Positions 58,918 through 64,000 of a stretch of 64,000 nucleotides of DNA are shown piece after piece. Source of the stretch: a bacterium (lineage in GTDB: Bacteria > UBA8248); the NCBI GenBank assembly GCA_965203325.1, contig OZ241875.1, positions 768,001 to 832,000 on the forward strand, read 5' to 3'. How positions within the stretch are numbered: position 1 is the first letter of the stretch; each line of letters begins with the position of its first letter. The position numbers and the translations under genes are program-made. The notes beneath the pieces were generated by a model, which was not told where the DNA came from, made no database searches, and saw nothing but the letters and a program-made list of their open reading frames with translations.

Positions 58918-59910
58918 TCAGGCCGGCTCGTGCGTGGGCTGGCTTGGCGACTGTCCGCGAAGAACCGCCATGGCGTTGAGATAGTACGCCAGAAACTGCG
59001 TCATCATGGAGACGGCGTAGACGGCGAGGAAACCCGCCATCAGGTACTTGACGTAGAGACCGTACCCGCTCTGGGACGTTTCGAAATAAAGCAGCGGGCT
59101 GTTGATGACGGACGCCTTGCCCGACATGCCGACGGCGAGGATGGTCCAGCACAGCGGCACGCCCAGCAATATGGAGCCCCACGCGTTGACCAGCGCCTTG
59201 CGCCGTTCCGTGAAATGCGTGTAGAGCACGTCCACGCGCACATGGCCCCCGGCGACCAGGGTATGGGCGCTGGCGAACAGGAAAAGCGCTGCGTACCAGA
59301 AACGAACGAGGTCGCCCATGAAGGCCTGCTCATAGGAGAAGATGAAGCGCGCGATGACGATCTGGAACTCGGCGACGACCACGAGAAGCGCGAGCCAGAT
59401 GAAATCGAGCCCCCGCCGGAAACAGGCCACCACGACGGCCGCGAGCATCAACGGCAAATGCACGTAGATGCCGCGGAAGCTCGAGACGCCGAGTTGCTGG
59501 GCGAGCGTCTTGCCGAACACCGCGGGCAGCAACCCTTCCACGCGCAGAAACGATATGACGCCGTCGACGATGCCGACGAAAAAAGTCGACCAAAAGGCCG
59601 CGGAGATGATATAGGCGGTGACGGAACTGAGAAGCGCCGCATCAGACGCGAACGGCCGCTCCTGGTTCCTGAGCGTGATGATGATGATGGCGACGACCGG
59701 AAGGACGTAACCTACCAACTGCAGCCATGCCAGGAAGGCCGCTCCTCCGGAGAAGATGCGTGCGACGCCCGGCCAGCCATGCCAGAAGACCAGATAGTTG
59801 TTGAAAAGGAAGGCGAACATGGTTGCGGCCAGCGACAGCGCGAACGCGCGGTAGAGCGCGTCCGCGATGCCGGGCCGTCTTTCGTCCTCGTTTAACCGAT
59901 CCTCAGTCAC
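58918..59910 (-). CDS. dctQ: TRAP transporter small permease (extended N-terminus)
   Basis: GHVRVDVLY motif in the C-terminal half; multiple TM segments; operon position. Confidence 0.85.
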   Translation of the reverse strand: MTEDRLNEDERRPGIADALYRAFALSLAATMFAFLFNNYLVFWHGWPGVARIFSGGAAFLAWLQLVGYVLPVVAIIIITLRNQERPFASDAALLSSVTAYIISAAFWSTFFVGIVDGVISFLRVEGLLPAVFGKTLAQQLGVSSFRGIYVHLPLMLAAVVVACFRRGLDFIWLALLVVVAEFQIVIARFIFSYEQAFMGDLVRFWYAALFLFASAHTLVAGGHVRVDVLYTHFTERRKALVNAWGSILLGVPLCWTILAVGMSGKASVINSPLLYFETSQSGYGLYVKYLMAGFLAVYAVSMMTQFLAYYLNAMAVLRGQSPSQPTHEPA

Positions 59911-59951
59911 CGTGGAAAACCATAGCGATCCGTCACGCTATTGCCGGACGT

Positions 59952-61067
59952 CTAGCTCGATACGCCCAGCACGCGGTTGCGCTGCGCTATGAATGCCTGG
60001 TCAGCGAGGCTCATCCAACCGCCGACCTCGAGGCGCGCCTTGGCGAAACTGTCATGGATGCGCTTGGCGAGCGGGCTGTGGGTCACCACCCCCGCGAAGA
60101 CTTCATCGGCCGCTTTTCCGAACGCGTCGTAGATGTCGTCGTTGAACTTGCGCACCTGGACGCCCTGGTCGCGCGTCAGCCGCGCCAGCGCCGCGCCGTT
60201 CTTGGCGTTGTACTCGGCCATCATCACGTCGTTCTCCATGGAGGCCGCGGCCTCGATGAGCGTCTGATCGGCCTTCGAGAGCGAATCCCAGAACTTCTTG
60301 TTGAAACCAGCGGACAGCATCGAGCCGGGCTCGTGCATGCCCGGATAGTAGTAGTACTTGGCGGCTTCATAGAACTTCATGAACTCGTCGTTCCACGGCC
60401 CCACCCATTCGGTGGCGTCGATGGCGCCCGAAACGAGGTTCTCGTAGATCTGCCCGCCCGGCAGGGATACCGGCGAGGCGCCGAGCTTCGCCATGACGTC
60501 GCCGCCGAGACCCGGGATGCGCATCTTGAGGCCCTTGAGGTCGTCGGGGCTGTTGATCTCCTTGCGGAACCAGCCGCCCATCTGGACACCCGTGTTGCCG
60601 CACATGAGGCCCTTGAGCCCGAACCCTGCGGCCAGTTCGTCCCAGAGCTGCTGCCCGCCGCCGAAACGGATCCAGGCGTTCAACTCGGTGTAGGTGAGGC
60701 CGAAAGGCACGGCGGTGAAATAGGCCCAGCCCGGATGCTTGCCTTTCCAGTAGTAGTCGGCCGCGTGGTAGGCCTGCGCGTTGCCCGAGGCCACCTCGTC
60801 GAACGAGTCGAAGGCGCCGACGCGCTCCCCGGCGGCGAAGTAGCTCACCTTGATGCGGCCGTCGCTCATATCCTGGAGCCGTTTGGCGAAGCGCTGCGCC
60901 CCGGTGCCGAGTCCGGGGAAATCGCGCGGCCAGGTGGTGACGATGGCGATCTCGATGCGCTTCTTCATCATGGCGGGCGCCTTCTGCGCCTGGGCCAACC
61001 CGCTGCCCGTCACGACCGCCGCGGCGGTTCCGGCCGCGGCGCCGGTCATAAAGTCACGACGTTTCAT
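59952..61067 (-). CDS. dctP: TRAP substrate-binding protein (TakP-like, Tat signal)
   Basis: MKRRDF twin-arginine signal, GNTGVQMGGWF.KEI, KMRIPG, DATEWVGP and YYPGMHEP motifs. Confidence 0.93.
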   Translation of the reverse strand: MKRRDFMTGAAAGTAAAVVTGSGLAQAQKAPAMMKKRIEIAIVTTWPRDFPGLGTGAQRFAKRLQDMSDGRIKVSYFAAGERVGAFDSFDEVASGNAQAYHAADYYWKGKHPGWAYFTAVPFGLTYTELNAWIRFGGGQQLWDELAAGFGLKGLMCGNTGVQMGGWFRKEINSPDDLKGLKMRIPGLGGDVMAKLGASPVSLPGGQIYENLVSGAIDATEWVGPWNDEFMKFYEAAKYYYYPGMHEPGSMLSAGFNKKFWDSLSKADQTLIEAAASMENDVMMAEYNAKNGAALARLTRDQGVQVRKFNDDIYDAFGKAADEVFAGVVTHSPLAKRIHDSFAKARLEVGGWMSLADQAFIAQRNRVLGVSS

Positions 61068-61268
61068 TTGGTTCTCCTTTTGATGAGAGTAGTTTTATAC
61101 CCACAATATGCTCGGCCGGCGCGCCGGCCGGAAACCAACAGCCAAACTTCCCATAAGACTCATTCTTCATGCGTTGTGACGCCAGAAAATATACTATGAC
61201 AAGCGCAATTGCGGCGCAACCACGAACTTGGCGACTGTCGGTCCGGCGGGGTGGGGAACGCCGAAGGG

Positions 61269-61367
61269 CCTCATCCCGAGTAGGCTCGAAGGGCCGTATC
61301 GAGAGAGCGCCCTTCGATACAAACGCTCCTTTCTCAGTCGCGTTTTACCTTCGGCGGCTACTCAGGG
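61269..61367. repeat. Paired CCTTCGATAC/CTACTCAGGG repeat, second locus
   Basis: Same two modules as 52017-52130, in swapped order. Confidence 0.85.
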
Positions 61368-61424
61368 GGAGGCGGAGACATTGCCTGCAACCCCGATCCG
61401 CCTTGCGGCGTTATCGTTGCCGGC

Positions 61425-61460
61425 CTGTCAGTTGACAGATGACACCTGACACACTACTCT
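61425..61460 (+). promoter_or_regulatory. higBA promoter with palindromic operator
   Basis: TTGACA(61432)-N17-TACTCT(61455); palindrome CTGTCA-GT-TGACAG and TGTCAG...CTGACA overlap the -35. Confidence 0.6.
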
Positions 61461-61466
61461 TGGGTA

Positions 61467-61745
61467 ATGATCGTGTCTTTCAAACATCGGGGTCTGAAAG
61501 CACTCTACGATGGCCGAACGGCGCGACGGGTTGCGCCGACACATGTCCAGAAGCTGAGGGATATCCTGGCCGTTCTCGACAGAAGCCGACGGCCGCAGGA
61601 TGTCAATATTCCCGGTTTCCGGCTTCATCCACTAAAGGGTGAACTGAGGGGCCATTACGCCGTGACGGTTTCAGGCAACTGGCGGGTGACCTTTCAGTTC
61701 GAAGAAGGGGACGTAGTCGACGTGGATTACCTCGACTACCACTGA
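61467..61745 (+). CDS. higB: HigB/RelE-ParE family toxin
   Basis: MI.SFKHRGL, PGFRLHPLKG, V.GNWRVTF.F and DYLDYH motifs. Confidence 0.93.
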   Translation: MIVSFKHRGLKALYDGRTARRVAPTHVQKLRDILAVLDRSRRPQDVNIPGFRLHPLKGELRGHYAVTVSGNWRVTFQFEEGDVVDVDYLDYH

Positions 61746-61755
61746 TGAGGGCCAA

Positions 61756-62046
61756 ATGATGGCGATGAAAAATCCGCCGCATCCGGGCGGGATCGTGAGG
61801 CGGCAATGTCTCGAACCGCTCGGATTGTCCGTGACGAAGGCCGCTGAGGGCATCGGCGTCGCGCGCCAGACCTTATCGGAACTGGTCAACGAGCGCACCG
61901 GCGTCTCCGTGGAGATGGCGATCCGCCTCTCCAAGGCGTTCGGCTCGACGCCGGAGACCTGGCTCGGCCTGCAGATGGCCCACGACCTCTGGCGGGCGCG
62001 CGCCCAGGCAGACGAAATCAAGGTTGAGAAGCTCGGGGCGGCGTGA
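61756..62046 (+). CDS. higA: HigA family antitoxin (HTH)
   Basis: NPPHPG, AA..IGVARQTLS.LVN and EMAIRLSKAFGSTPE.WL.LQ motifs. Confidence 0.94.
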   Translation: MMAMKNPPHPGGIVRRQCLEPLGLSVTKAAEGIGVARQTLSELVNERTGVSVEMAIRLSKAFGSTPETWLGLQMAHDLWRARAQADEIKVEKLGAA

Positions 62047-62083
62047 TTTTGACTCCCTTCAGCAACGCCACACTCGGGAACTC

Positions 62084-62264
62084 GTAGGGACAGGTCGCGA
62101 CCTGTCCCTACACAAGGCAAAATTCCCCACGCATCGATCACGATTGAACCCTATTGAAATAATTTTCGCCTTTGTTCGTCATTTCGGCGAATGCCGGAAT
62201 AACAATTACTTGATTGGAAGTAGGCCATTTGAAAAAGCACGGGCGGCTCGCGAGCCGCCCCTAC
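62084..62264. repeat. REP-like cluster between higA and ridA
   Basis: Perfect palindrome GTAGGGACAGGTCGCGACCTGTCCCTAC (62084-62111), degenerate GTCATTTCGGCGAATGCCGGAATAAC and GGGCGGCTCGCGAGCCGCCCCTAC (62241-62264). Confidence 0.85.
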
Positions 62265-62302
62265 GGAACCAACGCGTTCGTCCACTTCAAAGTGATGGAC
62301 GG

Positions 62303-62770
62303 CTAGGGACGAATCTGCAGGGTGAGGATGGTCTCGACCGGCGCGTCGTAGGTGAGTTCGTTGATGTTCAGGGCCGCGCGCGCGTGCTTTCCCCGCTCCT
62401 CGCCGAGCACTTCGACGAGAAGGTCGCTCTCCCCGTTCACGACCCAGGGCGCCTCCTGGAAGCCGGGCGCGCTGTTCACGTAGCCTTCGAGGCGCACGGC
62501 CCGGACGATACGGTCCAGGTCGCCCCCGAGGCACTCTTTCGCCATGGCGAAGTGGTTCAAGCCGCACAGGCGCGCCGACTGGTAGCCCTCCTCGACGCTG
62601 ACCCCGCCGCCGAGCTTCCCTCGGATGGGGATCTCTCCGTTGTACTGGCCGATGGTGCCCGCGAGGAAAAGCACCTCGCCCACCGCCACGCCGGGGATGT
62701 AGTTCGCCACGGCGGGCGGGACTTCGGGAAGCTCGACCCCGAGCTCTTCCAGCCTCTTTTCGATGCTCAT
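62303..62770 (-). CDS. RidA/YjgF family protein
   Basis: RL.ELG..LP....VANY, VVNGESDLL.EV.GE.G.HARAA and APVE motifs; start at MSIEKRL. Confidence 0.9.
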   Translation of the reverse strand: MSIEKRLEELGVELPEVPPAVANYIPGVAVGEVLFLAGTIGQYNGEIPIRGKLGGGVSVEEGYQSARLCGLNHFAMAKECLGGDLDRIVRAVRLEGYVNSAPGFQEAPWVVNGESDLLVEVLGEERGKHARAALNINELTYDAPVETILTLQIRP

Positions 62771-62934
62771 TTTTATGCTCCATGCCTGATGAGGATACGA
62801 TCGCAGAAGGCGGGCGCGTTCGCCCGCGCCGGGACGATGGTAGCACGACTTCGCTTCCCTTGCGCCTGAGTTTTTTCGACGACGGGCGTTTGCGCGAGGG
62901 GAGGGACAGGCCGCGACCCCGGACAACGGGGGCA

Positions 62935-62960
62935 GGACAACCACGGAGGGTTGTCCCTAC
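62935..62960. repeat. REP-like palindrome
   Basis: GGACAACCACGGAGGGTTGTCCCTAC, near reverse complement of 15850-15875. Confidence 0.75.
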
Positions 62961-63054
62961 AAAACCCCGACGAAACGAAGCGCAGGGGGGTTGGTTTTCG
63001 AGGCGATTCCGAACCGGCCCTGAAGGGCCTGTAATCAAGCCGAAAGCGGATTGA

Positions 63055-63309
63055 TTCAAACTCACGCGCGCCCCGCTGGCGTATCGGCGTGTCCTGGAAG
63101 TTCCGGGAATGGCCCAAGTCCTCGGAGAGTCCCGGCGAGCGGATGTGACCGGGAAAATCCTCAAGCCTCAGCGCCGCCTCCTGATCGCGCAGATATTCGA
63201 ACAGCCTCAGCCCGTCGGGCCGGCAACTCTTCAGGCGATGCACTTCTTCTGCGCTCAGCCCCGAGGAGACGAACTCCCGCGGCCCTCCCACCTCGTCGCA
63301 TCCGTTCAT
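63055..63309 (-). pseudogene. Probable fragment of a GAF-domain sensor protein
   Basis: DEVGGPREFVSSGLSAEEVHRL...DGLRLFEYLRD...LRLEDFP.HIRS.GLS...NFQ.TPIR.RG resembles, from recollection, GAF sensor segments; lacks flanking domains and runs into repeat DNA. Confidence 0.45.
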
Positions 63310-63595
63310 CGTCAGCGCCTCCCGTGAGCGAGAAATACGGCAAAAAATGCTAATATACACGATAATAATATGAAAATAAATAATTCAGATACGAAGAAGA
63401 TATAAAGTTTCTGTAAAATGAAAGCTGAATCCGGTGACCACATCCGGACGGCGAGTCGTCCCCGCCGCGACTCCTTGGAATGGAGAACAATACAACTTCT
63501 TGCGGCGGGGGCGGCGACAAAGGCGACAAACAGGAGCGAATCATGACGGACGGCATGATTCACGGCCTGCCCGTGATGAGGATGCGATAATACTC

Positions 63596-64000
63596 GTGCA
63601 ACTGGACCGATACATCGACGCCGTTTTGCGCCACCGGTGGCTGATCATAGCGCTGGCCGTTTTGCTGATGATCATCGCGGGAGCGGGCGGGCGATTCATC
63701 ACCGTTGCGAGCGATTACCGCATTCTGTTCAAAAAGGACAACCCTTACCTCCTTGCTTTCGATGCGCTGGAACACACCTTCTCCTCATCCGACAACGCGC
63801 TGATCGCCGTTGAACCCCGCAGGGGATCGGTGTTCACCAAAGAGGCGCTCGTCGCGCTCGAGGAGTTGACCGAAGCCGCGTGGAAAACACCGCATTCGAG
63901 CCGGGTCGACTCCTTGACGAACTACAACCACAGCCGGGCGGAGGGGGATGATCTGATCGTCGAGCCGCTCGTTGACGACGCGGGCGCGCTCACCGACGCC
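63596..64000 (+). CDS. MMPL/RND family exporter, 5' part only
   Basis: Frame not in the ORF track (no stop in window): VQLDRYIDAVLRHRWLII...DYRILFKKDNP...FDALEHTF...LTEAAWKTPHSSRVDSLTNY. Confidence 0.85.
   Translation, partial: MQLDRYIDAVLRHRWLIIALAVLLMIIAGAGGRFITVASDYRILFKKDNPYLLAFDALEHTFSSSDNALIAVEPRRGSVFTKEALVALEELTEAAWKTPHSSRVDSLTNYNHSRAEGDDLIVEPLVDDAGALTDA

Overview
This is a GC-rich bacterial chromosome segment, and the ORF track is dominated by antisense shadow ORFs. I resolve about 62 real CDSs, one tRNA-Asn(GTT) and no CRISPR array, rRNA, integrase or transposase. The backbone comprises two TRAP transporter operons, an sdhCAB operon, a site-2 protease-trpS-ileS-lspA-X-rluD operon, beta-oxidation genes and many catabolic hydrolases and oxidoreductases, including a haloalkane dehalogenase. 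Small accessory modules are scattered between these: HicAB, an HNH + DGQH(R)/ParB-like protein with a UPF0175 gene, an ABC-ATPase + TOPRIM-like pair, AbiF/Abi_2 with an upstream structured RNA candidate, a DUF4238-like protein, MNT-HEPN, HigBA, and a Y-family polymerase with a zinc-ribbon partner. Several families of intergenic REP/MITE-like palindromes are also present. The most unusual item is a 449-aa acidic, internally repetitive protein (4812-6161, minus) whose C-terminal ~63 aa match the signature of ribosomal protein eL13 (L13e), which bacterial ribosomes lack. It sits in the accessory tract right after the tRNA. All family calls come from motif recognition by eye; no database searches were run.
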